Assembly: GCA_964514965.1 (NCBI GenBank)
Contig: CAZETV010000001.1
Location: forward strand, 903,063 to 935,062
DNA from: Candidatus Hadarchaeota archaeon
GTDB taxonomy: Archaea; Hadarchaeota; Hadarchaeia; Hadarchaeales; Hadarchaeaceae
Direction: 5' to 3'
DNA: 32,000 nt
The stretch's first letter is position 1, and each line of letters opens with the position of its first letter. The notes beneath the pieces were generated by a model. That model was not told where the DNA came from. It saw only the letters and a list, made by a program, of their open reading frames with translations, and ran no database searches. This document shows positions 1 to 7,988 of this stretch, one piece after another. Both the position numbers and the translations under genes were made by a program.

Positions 1-718
1 CTACTCCACATTTCATCTTGCGCTCCAATGATATCCAGATGTTTTCATCAGGAACTTTGCGATTTTTCAGTTCCCTGATGACAAAGCGATACATGACTGG
101 TGGGCCGACAATGGCCGCTTGGGTTTTTCTAGGATCGAACTGAATATGGGGGAAAAGGTTGGTGATGACCCCTACGTTGCCCTGCCATGTTTCGTCTCCG
201 ACATCAACCGTTACATGATACTCGACATCATCTCTTTCTTCCCAGCTATTCAACTCCTCTTTGAAAAGAAGTTCCTGTGGTCTCCTCGAACCGTAGAGGA
301 TGTAGACTTTTCCATAATCTTCTCTGGAATTTAAAACGGTCCAGATGAAAGAACGAAGGGGGGCCAGCCCAAGCCCTCCTGCTATGAAGAGTATGTCTTT
401 TCCCTTGAAATACTTAAGTTCAAACCCTTTACCGAAAGGACCTCGAATTCCAATTTTATCTCCTGATTTCCTGCTGTGCAGAGCTCTGGTGACATTCCCA
501 ATCGCCCGTACACATAGTTGAAATGTCGGTAAGCTGGAGGGAGCGGACGAGATGGAGATGGGAGCCTCTCCAACGCCAAAAACCGATACCTCCACAAATT
601 GTCCTGGCTGATAGTTGAGATTTTTTCCTGACAGAAGCTCGATTTCAAACAAACGTTCCGTTTTGGTAAGTTGTTCTATTTTGTTTATTCTTGCTATCTC
701 GGGCGCATAGATCGTCAT
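1..718 (-). CDS. FAD/NAD(P)-binding oxidoreductase subunit (hydrogenase/sulfhydrogenase gamma or anaerobic sulfite reductase B-like), partial at left edge
   Basis: Translation from ATG at 718 reads MTIYAPEIARINKIEQLTKTERLFEIEL...YQPGQFVEVSVFGVGEAPISISSAP...FGKGFELKYFKGKDILFIAGGLGLAPLRS...VYILYGSRRPQELLFKEEL, with ferredoxin-NADP reductase-like flavin and NAD binding motifs. It overlaps the upstream gene by ATGA. Absent from the ORF track because it runs off the window edge. Confidence 0.85.
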   Translation of the reverse strand, partial: MTIYAPEIARINKIEQLTKTERLFEIELLSGKNLNYQPGQFVEVSVFGVGEAPISISSAPSSLPTFQLCVRAIGNVTRALHSRKSGDKIGIRGPFGKGFELKYFKGKDILFIAGGLGLAPLRSFIWTVLNSREDYGKVYILYGSRRPQELLFKEELNSWEERDDVEYHVTVDVGDETWQGNVGVITNLFPHIQFDPRKTQAAIVGPPVMYRFVIRELKNRKVPDENIWISLERKMKCGV

Positions 719-1761
719 ATCCGCTTCCTCTTCTCATAAAGTTCATTTTCGATGTCTAAAGGATCAACAATCTTCGTTAAGCAAGCTTTTCCACATCTTC
801 CACATCCAGTGCAAAAAGACTTCCCCCATTTTTCAAAAAGGTACCAGTCCTTCCGGTTGGTTCTGTGACGCAATCGAGTACCCCTTTCTTCTCTGAATAT
901 CTCTCCTGAGGCCACCCTAGTGAAATCGGTAAGAAGACAACCGTCCCAGAAGCGAGAACGATTCCCCCGCTTCAAGTTTAACTCGATATAATCTCTTACA
1001 TCAAAGCAGTAACAGGTGGGGCAGACCATGTTGCAAGACCCGCAGTTGAAACACTTTGCTCCATGCTCATCCCATACACGGCTGTCGTAATTTTCTTTCA
1101 GTAGCTTGGGTAGGTCTTCAAGTTTGGGCTTAAGCTTTCGCTGCTGTTTATTAAAGAAATTGTCTCTTCTCCTTCGGATTTTTCCCAATTCCTTGGCATC
1201 TGATCGGGTCGCTTTTTTAGCAATCCCAGAAATAAGAGATTCTCCTCTTTTGGAACCTACTTCTACAAAGAAGTTGTCCCCCATATCGGTTAAGAAAAGG
1301 TCAAACCCCTCCCGCGGAAGTACGGACCCCTTGCGGTAGCAGAATGACTCTGGGGAGCAGGGGAGGAGACATTCCGCTCCGATTATAGTTAGATACCCCC
1401 GCTTCTTGAGATAATTTTCATCCAAATTTTTTTCCGAGAAAACTTTATCCAAAAGTGCAGTTCCATTTATGTCGCAAGGATGGATCCCGAGTAAAATCAC
1501 CGGTTTTGCATCCATCTTGGCCTCTACCTTGACCTCATCGTCAACTTCGTATTCGGTCAATTCTTCTTCTTGTGGGAAAAGAAAAGTTTTTGGAGGGATG
1601 ACTGTTTGAGGACCTTCCCAGAGAATCTCTTTCGTGGACTTTATCGGTTTAAAATTAGCTTGATTTTCCTGCTTCACGGGGGCTACTACTTCTTTTCCGT
1701 CTCTAATTATTCTATCAATTAACTTTAAAAAATCTTTTTTGGTTATCGAATATTTCCCCAT
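715..1761 (-). CDS. 4Fe-4S dicluster hydrogenase/sulfhydrogenase beta-like subunit
   Basis: Cys motifs CFNCGSCNMVCPTCYC and CTGCGRCGKAC, co-oriented with the flavin subunit. ORF extends to 1809, but ATG at 1761 (MGKYSITKKDF) is preceded by GGTGAAAAA, a good Shine-Dalgarno context. Confidence 0.8.
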   Translation of the reverse strand: MGKYSITKKDFLKLIDRIIRDGKEVVAPVKQENQANFKPIKSTKEILWEGPQTVIPPKTFLFPQEEELTEYEVDDEVKVEAKMDAKPVILLGIHPCDINGTALLDKVFSEKNLDENYLKKRGYLTIIGAECLLPCSPESFCYRKGSVLPREGFDLFLTDMGDNFFVEVGSKRGESLISGIAKKATRSDAKELGKIRRRRDNFFNKQQRKLKPKLEDLPKLLKENYDSRVWDEHGAKCFNCGSCNMVCPTCYCFDVRDYIELNLKRGNRSRFWDGCLLTDFTRVASGEIFREERGTRLRHRTNRKDWYLFEKWGKSFCTGCGRCGKACLTKIVDPLDIENELYEKRKRI

Positions 1762-1830
1762 TTTTTCACCATTCTGGATTTCCAAATTCACTGCTATCCA
1801 AGCCATCACCTTTATCAGGCTTATTTAATT

Positions 1831-1849
1831 AATTATCGTATCGATAATT
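1831..1849. promoter_or_regulatory. Perfect 8-bp-arm inverted repeat AATTATCG-TAT-CGATAATT upstream of the hydrogenase-like operon
   Basis: Seen directly: arms 1831-1838 and 1842-1849, next to an AT-rich TATA-like stretch on the minus strand. Confidence 0.45.
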
Positions 1850-2023
1850 TCTTGTTGAATCGCAATTCATGTTTAATATTCCCCCGATAGAGAAATTTTT
1901 GTCCATGTTAAACCTTTTCGTTCTTTAATTAAGCAGCTCCAGCATTTGAAGTGCAAGTTAGTTTGTAATAGGCGTCGCGAAAGGAGTTGCCTTTCTTTTT
2001 CGAATTTAAGAGTGCAGATAGAA

Positions 2024-2290
2024 TTATCCCATCTTGTAGACGAGATCACCTTCACGCACGCGCTCTTGGACTCTCAACCCAATTGATTGCCCCGCGCCAG
2101 CGCTCTGCACTTTTTCGTGCTCAATCTGTATTGAATCCACCGTCTGTTGGATATTGGTCGTCGCGCCTTCAATCGATATTTTATCGCCTACTTTGACCTC
2201 GTCACTTAGGTCCACGACTCCAACCCCTATCTTTGTAAAGTAGTGGGATATTTTACCCACGAGTTTCTTCTCAACGGGTGCTTCTTCCAT
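2024..2290 (-). CDS. Small translation elongation factor-like protein (EF-1A/EF-Tu domain 2-like, 88 aa)
   Basis: VGKISHYFTKIGVGVVDLSDEVKVGDKISIEGATTNIQQTVDSIQIEHEKVQSAGAGQSIGLRV resembles the beta-barrel domain 2 of translational GTPases. Confidence 0.7.
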   Translation of the reverse strand: MEEAPVEKKLVGKISHYFTKIGVGVVDLSDEVKVGDKISIEGATTNIQQTVDSIQIEHEKVQSAGAGQSIGLRVQERVREGDLVYKMG

Positions 2291-2378
2291 TCAATTCACC
2301 AGATTAAGATAAGTTGACCCTAATTTATGCCTTTTCCTCTTCCACCAGTTGACTTTAGTATCGACAATTGAGGGTCTC

Positions 2379-3053
2379 TCATTTGAAAATCTCACTTTTT
2401 TTGCCAATTTCCTTTACGATTTTTCCATCATTGATCAGATAAGTTCGGTTACATATTTTCATTAAATCTAAATCATGTCCTGCCACTACCATCGTGTGGT
2501 GTTTTTTAAGTTCTTTTAAAAGTTTCATAAACTCTTTTTTTATCCAAGGGTCGAGAGCCAATGTTGGCTCATCAAGAACCAAAATCTCAGGCTTCATGGA
2601 GAGTACGGTTGCTATTGCGACTCTTTTCTTTTCCCCGTAGCTTAAGTGATGCGAGCTTCGGTTTTCTAACCTTTCAAGACCCACAGCTTTTAGTGCTTTT
2701 CTAACTCTCCTTTTTACTTCCCATTCACTGAGCCCCATATTTACTGGCCCAAACGCGACATCTTCGAAAACCGTCGGCATGAACATTTGGTCATCTGGAT
2801 TTTGGAACACAAGCCCCACTTTGCTTCTGACTTCCCTTGTTTTTTTGCGTAAATCCATCCCGATAACGCGTACACGACCTCTTTGTGGCTGTAGGATGCC
2901 GTTTAAGTGAAGAAGAAGAGTAGATTTTCCTGAGCCGTTGGGGCCTATTAAGCATATGCTCTCCTCTCTTTCGATATCTAGGTTAATGCCATGTAACGCT
3001 TTCGTACCATCAGGATAGGTGTAGTGCAGATTTTTTATTTCAATAGCTTTCAT
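2379..3053 (-). CDS. cbiO: ECF/energizing ATPase of Ni/Co transporter
   Basis: Walker A GPNGSGKST, SYGEKKRVAIATVLSMKPEILVLDEPTLALDP; sits downstream of cbiQ/cbiM. Confidence 0.9.
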   Translation of the reverse strand: MKAIEIKNLHYTYPDGTKALHGINLDIEREESICLIGPNGSGKSTLLLHLNGILQPQRGRVRVIGMDLRKKTREVRSKVGLVFQNPDDQMFMPTVFEDVAFGPVNMGLSEWEVKRRVRKALKAVGLERLENRSSHHLSYGEKKRVAIATVLSMKPEILVLDEPTLALDPWIKKEFMKLLKELKKHHTMVVAGHDLDLMKICNRTYLINDGKIVKEIGKKSEIFK

Positions 3054-3811
3054 ACCACCACTAATATTAGTATTAGAAGTAAGAAAAAGCTAGAGAAGAA
3101 GAAGGTATCCGATCTCTTGAATTCAAGTTTGTGTGTTAGCTTAATTTCCCCATTGAACCCTCTGGATCGCATTGCAGTATAAATGCGCTCTCCTCTTTCA
3201 TAGCTTTTTGCGAACAATGTTCCAATCATGTATCCAAAGAGTTTTACATTTTGTAATCTGCTAAGACTAGGTGCCCTTGCATCGCGTGCCCTGCGCATTC
3301 GCTCGAACTCATCTATAGCGATGAAAATAAAGCGGTACATAAAAGAGAGAATCATTACGAAGATTTTTGGCAGTTTCAGTCTTTGAAATCCGTTTAGGAG
3401 TTTCGGAAACGGGGTTGTTGAAGTAAGAGCGATCATGGCAAGCACACAAAGCCACGATTTTACAAGCACGTTGAGAAAAATCAACAGGGCTGAGTGGGTT
3501 ATTCTAAAAATGCCAATATTGTATGATCCAGCTGCGTCACCACCGCCTAAGAACGGCAACCCTATAGCAACGAGCAGCACAAATGGAACTATCACCGAGG
3601 ATCTCTTCAGGATAAATCTAAGCGGAACTCGTGAGATTAGGATAATCGAGAAGACTAGTGCCCCGTAAAAGGCGAATTTCGGGGCCTGAGTTATTGGAGT
3701 GAAAATTACGAAGAAAAGGAAGGAAAAAAGCGCGATTATTTTCACTCTTGGGTCTAAAACATGTATTGAACTATGCAAATTACTATGCTGGTCTAGAAAA
3801 TGATGCTTCAT
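3050..3811 (-). CDS. cbiQ: Cobalt/nickel ECF transporter transmembrane protein CbiQ
   Basis: Hydrophobic protein with a CbiQ-type motif region (YRFIFIAIDEFERMRRARDAR and YERGERIYTAMRSRGFNG). ORF extends to 3850; internal ATG at 3811 avoids overlap with the upstream gene. Confidence 0.85.
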   Translation of the reverse strand: MKHHFLDQHSNLHSSIHVLDPRVKIIALFSFLFFVIFTPITQAPKFAFYGALVFSIILISRVPLRFILKRSSVIVPFVLLVAIGLPFLGGGDAAGSYNIGIFRITHSALLIFLNVLVKSWLCVLAMIALTSTTPFPKLLNGFQRLKLPKIFVMILSFMYRFIFIAIDEFERMRRARDARAPSLSRLQNVKLFGYMIGTLFAKSYERGERIYTAMRSRGFNGEIKLTHKLEFKRSDTFFFSSFFLLLILILVVV

Positions 3812-3819
3812 ATGCTGTT

Positions 3820-4113
3820 TCAGCGTCTCCGTTTTAAGATTGTACCCCAACCCAGAGTTATACCGATAATGATAAACACTCCGACTAGACCCGCTAGCGA
3901 TGTGGCAAGTGCTTTATTTTCAATGCCGGGGATGGCATAGTCAGGCATCGGAGAGTGCATGGCTTCTTGTCCCTCAGCTTTCTCTGCGAATCCTTGATCC
4001 TCTGCAACTCGTTCGAGACCATCTGGCTCGGAGGAGGCGAAAAGCGATAGCACACATGCCATAGAGATCGCGATGACAAGTCCGGCGATCCACCATTTTT
4101 CTTTGAGTTTCAT
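3820..4113 (-). CDS. cbiN: PDGLE/CbiN-like small membrane component of Ni/Co transporter
   Basis: SSEPDGLERVAEDQGF motif plus a C-terminal TM segment, between cbiM and cbiQ. Confidence 0.8.
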   Translation of the reverse strand: MKLKEKWWIAGLVIAISMACVLSLFASSEPDGLERVAEDQGFAEKAEGQEAMHSPMPDYAIPGIENKALATSLAGLVGVFIIIGITLGWGTILKRRR

Positions 4114-4121
4114 TTTTTCAC

Positions 4122-4757
4122 CTAGATTTTTGGTAGCTTCAGCAAGTCTGGCCGCGTCTTTAGGACGAAGCTAATTACCGAAATGGTGATGGCGGCCTCG
4201 ATGATGCCGATTATTACGTGGATTCCTACCATTGCCGGCAGAGCTATCCCAAGAGGCGAAGTTCCTGAAGCTGCTAACTCAAATGCGCATGCCGCCGACG
4301 CGAGCACCACAGCGATCCAAGCAGCGACGCCAGCTCCAATAATCATGCCTCTGTCCCCTTTCACAGCTTTTTTAACACCCTGGTAGATGAAATAGCCAAG
4401 GATGGTGCCAATAAGCCCCATGTTGATGATGTTCGCGCCCATCGTAGTTATCCCTCCATCTTGGAAGAATATTGCTTGTACACCAAAGATTGACCCCATT
4501 ACAATCGATCCAGCCAGCGGGCCGACAAAAACAGCGATGAGTACTCCGCCGAGCATATGTCCGCTGGTGCCGCCAGCTACTGGCACGTTTAACATTTGTG
4601 CTGCGAAAATGAATGCTGCTAGCACGCCTAGTAGTGGAACGTGCCTATCTCCAAGTTTTTTATTAGTCCTCCAAACTGCGACGACCAGAATCAGCATAGC
4701 GACTACCCACAATGGTGCCCATACCGCAACGCTTAGAAATCCATCTGGTATGTGCAT
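4122..4757 (-). CDS. cbiM: Substrate-specific component CbiM/NikM of Ni/Co ECF transporter
   Basis: N-terminus MHIPDGFLS is diagnostic (metal-binding Met-His), also VPVAGGTSGHMLGG. Start set at ATG 4757 rather than the ORF maximum at 4856. Confidence 0.92.
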   Translation of the reverse strand: MHIPDGFLSVAVWAPLWVVAMLILVVAVWRTNKKLGDRHVPLLGVLAAFIFAAQMLNVPVAGGTSGHMLGGVLIAVFVGPLAGSIVMGSIFGVQAIFFQDGGITTMGANIINMGLIGTILGYFIYQGVKKAVKGDRGMIIGAGVAAWIAVVLASAACAFELAASGTSPLGIALPAMVGIHVIIGIIEAAITISVISFVLKTRPDLLKLPKI

Positions 4758-4773
4758 AATGGCCCCATCTGGG

Positions 4774-4803
4774 AGTAATACTTTTTGGTATAAAAATATT
4801 ACT
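4774..4803. promoter_or_regulatory. Candidate NikR operator: AGTAATA-N16-TATTACT
   Basis: Perfect 7-bp inverted repeat (4774-4780 / 4797-4803), 16-nt spacer containing TATA-like TATAAAAA, in the 97-bp divergent region between cbiM and nikR. Confidence 0.65.
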
Positions 4804-4854
4804 GTCATAGATAACTTGAAAAACACTTGGCAACGAAGTTTGCAGGGAGTTGGC

Positions 4855-5259
4855 ATGCCGAAAAAGATAACGCGAGTGAGCTTGACGTTGCCTCAAGATT
4901 TGTTGGATGAGCTCGATTGCTCTCTTAAAGCTCAAGGTTATACAAGTCGTTCGGAGGCGATCCGTGATGCTTTACGAGATTTTTTGGCGAGCTACAAGTG
5001 GCGCAAGGAGCTTAAGGGCGAACGTATCGGGGTCGTAATACTAGTGTACGAGCACGATGTCCGAGGGCTGATTGACGCACTCATGGATATCCAGCACGTG
5101 AGTTCGAGTATAATAAGCGCAGTCCAGCATTTGCATGTCGACGCCAAAAACTGCTTGGAAACACTGATTGTCAAGGGCCCCTCAGAGGAGATCCGCAAGC
5201 TTGTCGATCGCTTGGGCGCCCTGCGAGGCGTCAAACAGGTCAAGCTGGTGGTTGTTTGA
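4855..5259 (+). CDS. nikR: Nickel-responsive ribbon-helix-helix regulator NikR
   Basis: MPKKITRVSLTLPQDLLDELDCSLKAQGYTSRSEAIRDALRDFL (RHH domain) plus ACT-like domain with H...H.H..C residues (VYEHDVRG...VQHLHVDAKNCLETLIVKG). Confidence 0.9.
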   Translation: MPKKITRVSLTLPQDLLDELDCSLKAQGYTSRSEAIRDALRDFLASYKWRKELKGERIGVVILVYEHDVRGLIDALMDIQHVSSSIISAVQHLHVDAKNCLETLIVKGPSEEIRKLVDRLGALRGVKQVKLVVV

Positions 5260-5843
5260 AATTAAATGAATTTTTGGAAAGGCTTAACAACCTCAAGCGA
5301 ATCTCCCGCACGGGCTGGTTGATTTGCAACGTCCCACTCAGCGAGGTCGAGGATGTGGCGCAGCATACCTTCGACGTTACGGCAATAACCCTGTTACTTG
5401 CCGATGAACTCGAGCGTAAAGGCAAGAAACTTGACAGGGAGCGAGCTCTAAGCATGGCGGTCGTGCACGATTGGGCTGAGGTCGAAGTCGGAGATTTTCC
5501 CTACACGGCGTTGAAATACTTAGGTCCCGCTGGTACGAAGAAACGCATAGAGAGGGGAGTACTTGAGGATATTCTGAATGGGCTGCCGAATAAAGAAAAA
5601 TACCTAAAGCTTTGGTTGGAATATAGCGAGAAACGCACTCTCGAGGCTAAGCTCGTTCATGTGGCAGATTATATATCAATGCTCGTGCAGGCGGTCAAAT
5701 ATCGTGAGCGAGGCAATCGTTCTAAGGAACTCGATGAGCTTTGGCATGCGGTTCGCAAGGATATCAAGATTTATGGAAAGGAATTGCCGCCAATAATGGC
5801 GTTGATAAAAGAATTTGACAGACGCTATTCTAGTCTCCAATGA
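5256..5843 (+). CDS. HD-domain phosphohydrolase (YfbR/5'-nucleotidase-like)
   Basis: VEDVAQHTFDVTAITLLLADEL ... AVVHDWAEVEVGDFP ... KLVHVADYIS: His/Asp pattern of HD hydrolases. TTG start overlaps the nikR stop. Confidence 0.8.
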   Translation: MKLNEFLERLNNLKRISRTGWLICNVPLSEVEDVAQHTFDVTAITLLLADELERKGKKLDRERALSMAVVHDWAEVEVGDFPYTALKYLGPAGTKKRIERGVLEDILNGLPNKEKYLKLWLEYSEKRTLEAKLVHVADYISMLVQAVKYRERGNRSKELDELWHAVRKDIKIYGKELPPIMALIKEFDRRYSSLQ

Positions 5844-5889
5844 ACAAAATTATTTCATTTTTTGGGGCTGGAATTTCTCACATTTAAGA

Positions 5890-7836
5890 TTAAGTTTTAA
5901 CGGATTGTTTTTCTATCATTTTTCTGAATTCTTCATATTCACGTTTTACTTCCTCTACAGAAGCTCCATCCTCCAATGTGGTGACATCACCTAATGGTAT
6001 CTGTGAGGCGATTGCTTTCAAAACTCTTCTCATAATTTTTCCGCTTCTTGTCTTCGGAAGTTTTGAAACGAAGTGTATTTCCTCTGGTTTCGCGACAGGC
6101 CCAACAGAATTTCTTAAGTGTTTTGTTATTTCTTTTTTAAGTTCTTCGCTGGGTTCATATTTTTTTCTTAAAATAGCGAAAACTACAATAACTTCTCCCT
6201 TAATTTCATCCGGTTTGCCGATCACTGCGGCCTCTGCTACCGCTGGGTGGGAAACAACTGCGCTTTCTAGTTCCATGGTGCCTAACCTGTGTCCCGCGAT
6301 TTTTAAAACCTCATCCGCCCTGCCGAGCAGCCAGAAGTATCCTTCTGAGTCTTTTATACAATAATCTCCCGTATAGTAAACATTTGGAAACTTAGACCAG
6401 TAAGTTTGCTTATAACGCTCGGGGTCCTTGTATATTGTCATAAACATGCCTGGCCAAGGCTTCTTTATAATGAGGTAACCTCTTACGCCTGGATTCGCAG
6501 GTGTGCCGTTTTCTTCCACCACATCGGCGTCAATGCCTGGTAACGGGAATGTTGCAGATCCAGGTTTAAGAGGGACCAATCCTATACCTGGCGCGGGTGA
6601 AATCATCACACCTCCTGTTTCTGTCTGCCACCAAGTGTCGACTATGGGGCAACGTTCTCCGCCTATGTTTTTGAAATACCATCTCCATGCCTCTGGGTTT
6701 ATTGGCTCTCCTACAGTGCCTAAGATTGATAGGCTACTCAAATCGTGTTTTTTAGGCCATTCTTCTCCGTATCTCATGAACATGCGTATGGCTGTTGGCG
6801 ATGTGTAAAAGATTGTTACCTTATATTTTTCGATTATTTCCCACCACCTGTCTGGATTTGGATAATCAGGTGCTCCTTCGTGTACAACTATAGAAGCCCC
6901 GTGCATTAGTGGTGCGTAAACAATTGAGCTGTGCCCGGTCACCCATCCCACATCAGCAGTGCACCAATATACGCTGTCTTCTTTTATGTCGAAAACCCAT
7001 TCATAGATGGAATTTATAAAGGTCAGGTAACCTCCTGTGCTGTGGACTATGCCTTTTGGTTTTCCTGTCGTGCCTGACGTATATAGAATGTAAAGTGGAT
7101 GAGTGCTTTCTACAAGCTCTGGGAGAATATATTCCCCGACATCTTTTTTCGTGATTTCGTGGTACCATAAGTCTCTCCCTTTCTTCATGTTAACCTCTTG
7201 GCCTGTTCTTTTCACCACTATTACTCTCTCAATTGAGGGGGTATTCTCCACGGCAGCGTCTACTATCTCTTTTAATGGTATTTTTTTACCTCTTCTGAAG
7301 CTGCCATCTGCCGTTATGAGCACTTTTGCTCCCGTGTCGTTCACACGATCCGCGAGTGCTATTGAGCTGAATCCAGAAAATATCACGGTGTGTATTGCGC
7401 CTATTCTTGCTGCTGCCAACATAGCAATGGGTAGTTCGGGGATCATAGGCAAATAGAGGGCTACCTTATCCCCGACTTTGACTCCGAGTTTTTGAAGTGC
7501 TGATCCTAAACGATTTACCATCCGCCCCAGTTGCGAGTAACTTAATGTTCTTTCCTCACCGCCCTCTCCTTCCCAGTATATTGCTACTTTGTTTCTCCTC
7601 CAAGTTTTCAAGTGTCTATCGATACACAAAGAAGAGGCGTTGAGCATTCCTCCAACGAACCATTTTGCAAATGGAGGATTCCATTCAAGTACCTTATCCC
7701 ATGTTTTGAACCATTCAAGTTTTCTCGCTTCTTGTCCCCAAAACTCTTCTGGGTTATCTAAGGACTTTCGGTACATATCTTCATATTTCTTTATCGGCCA
7801 ATATTTCAGCTCTGCCGGGAGAGATTCTGGTTGCAT
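5890..7836 (-). CDS. acs: Acetyl-CoA synthetase (AMP-forming)
   Basis: ILYTSGTTGKPKGIVHSTGGYL, CTADVGWVTGHSSIVYAPL, VDTWWQTETGGVMISP, GRADEVLKIAGHRLGTMELE, PKTRSGKIMRR. Confidence 0.92.
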   Translation of the reverse strand: MQPESLPAELKYWPIKKYEDMYRKSLDNPEEFWGQEARKLEWFKTWDKVLEWNPPFAKWFVGGMLNASSLCIDRHLKTWRRNKVAIYWEGEGGEERTLSYSQLGRMVNRLGSALQKLGVKVGDKVALYLPMIPELPIAMLAAARIGAIHTVIFSGFSSIALADRVNDTGAKVLITADGSFRRGKKIPLKEIVDAAVENTPSIERVIVVKRTGQEVNMKKGRDLWYHEITKKDVGEYILPELVESTHPLYILYTSGTTGKPKGIVHSTGGYLTFINSIYEWVFDIKEDSVYWCTADVGWVTGHSSIVYAPLMHGASIVVHEGAPDYPNPDRWWEIIEKYKVTIFYTSPTAIRMFMRYGEEWPKKHDLSSLSILGTVGEPINPEAWRWYFKNIGGERCPIVDTWWQTETGGVMISPAPGIGLVPLKPGSATFPLPGIDADVVEENGTPANPGVRGYLIIKKPWPGMFMTIYKDPERYKQTYWSKFPNVYYTGDYCIKDSEGYFWLLGRADEVLKIAGHRLGTMELESAVVSHPAVAEAAVIGKPDEIKGEVIVVFAILRKKYEPSEELKKEITKHLRNSVGPVAKPEEIHFVSKLPKTRSGKIMRRVLKAIASQIPLGDVTTLEDGASVEEVKREYEEFRKMIEKQSVKT

Positions 7837-7988
7837 TTACAAACCACCGAGGTTTAAATTCAATTTTATTGGATTAAAACTTTTTTACTACATTATATAT
7901 TTATCTTTCCAAGCAAATTGGACCAATAGAGTCAGTTATTAAGACCTTTAGTCATGTCTAAATATCTACTAATTGAAAGTGCGTTAGA

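Noticed and set aside
382-648. 88-aa minus ORF in the first 700 bases
   Set aside because: A different frame of the same strand gives a continuous flavin/NAD-binding protein from 718 through the window edge, which is far better supported.
1979-2000. GAAAGG-AGTTG-CCTTTC followed by TTTTT, like an intrinsic terminator on +
   Set aside because: Genes on both sides are transcribed on the minus strand; the T-run is on the wrong side for them. No plus-strand gene ends here.
1873-2055. 60-aa minus ORF downstream of the EF-like gene
   Set aside because: No recognisable domain; overlaps the 3' end of the EF-like gene in another frame.
4402-4854. Upstream extension of nikR ORF (285-aa version)
   Set aside because: The N-terminal 150 aa are antisense to cbiM and the RHH domain starts exactly at MPKKITRVSLTLP (4855).
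5978-7942. Series of plus-strand ORFs opposite acs
   Set aside because: All antisense to strongly coding acs; no independent support.
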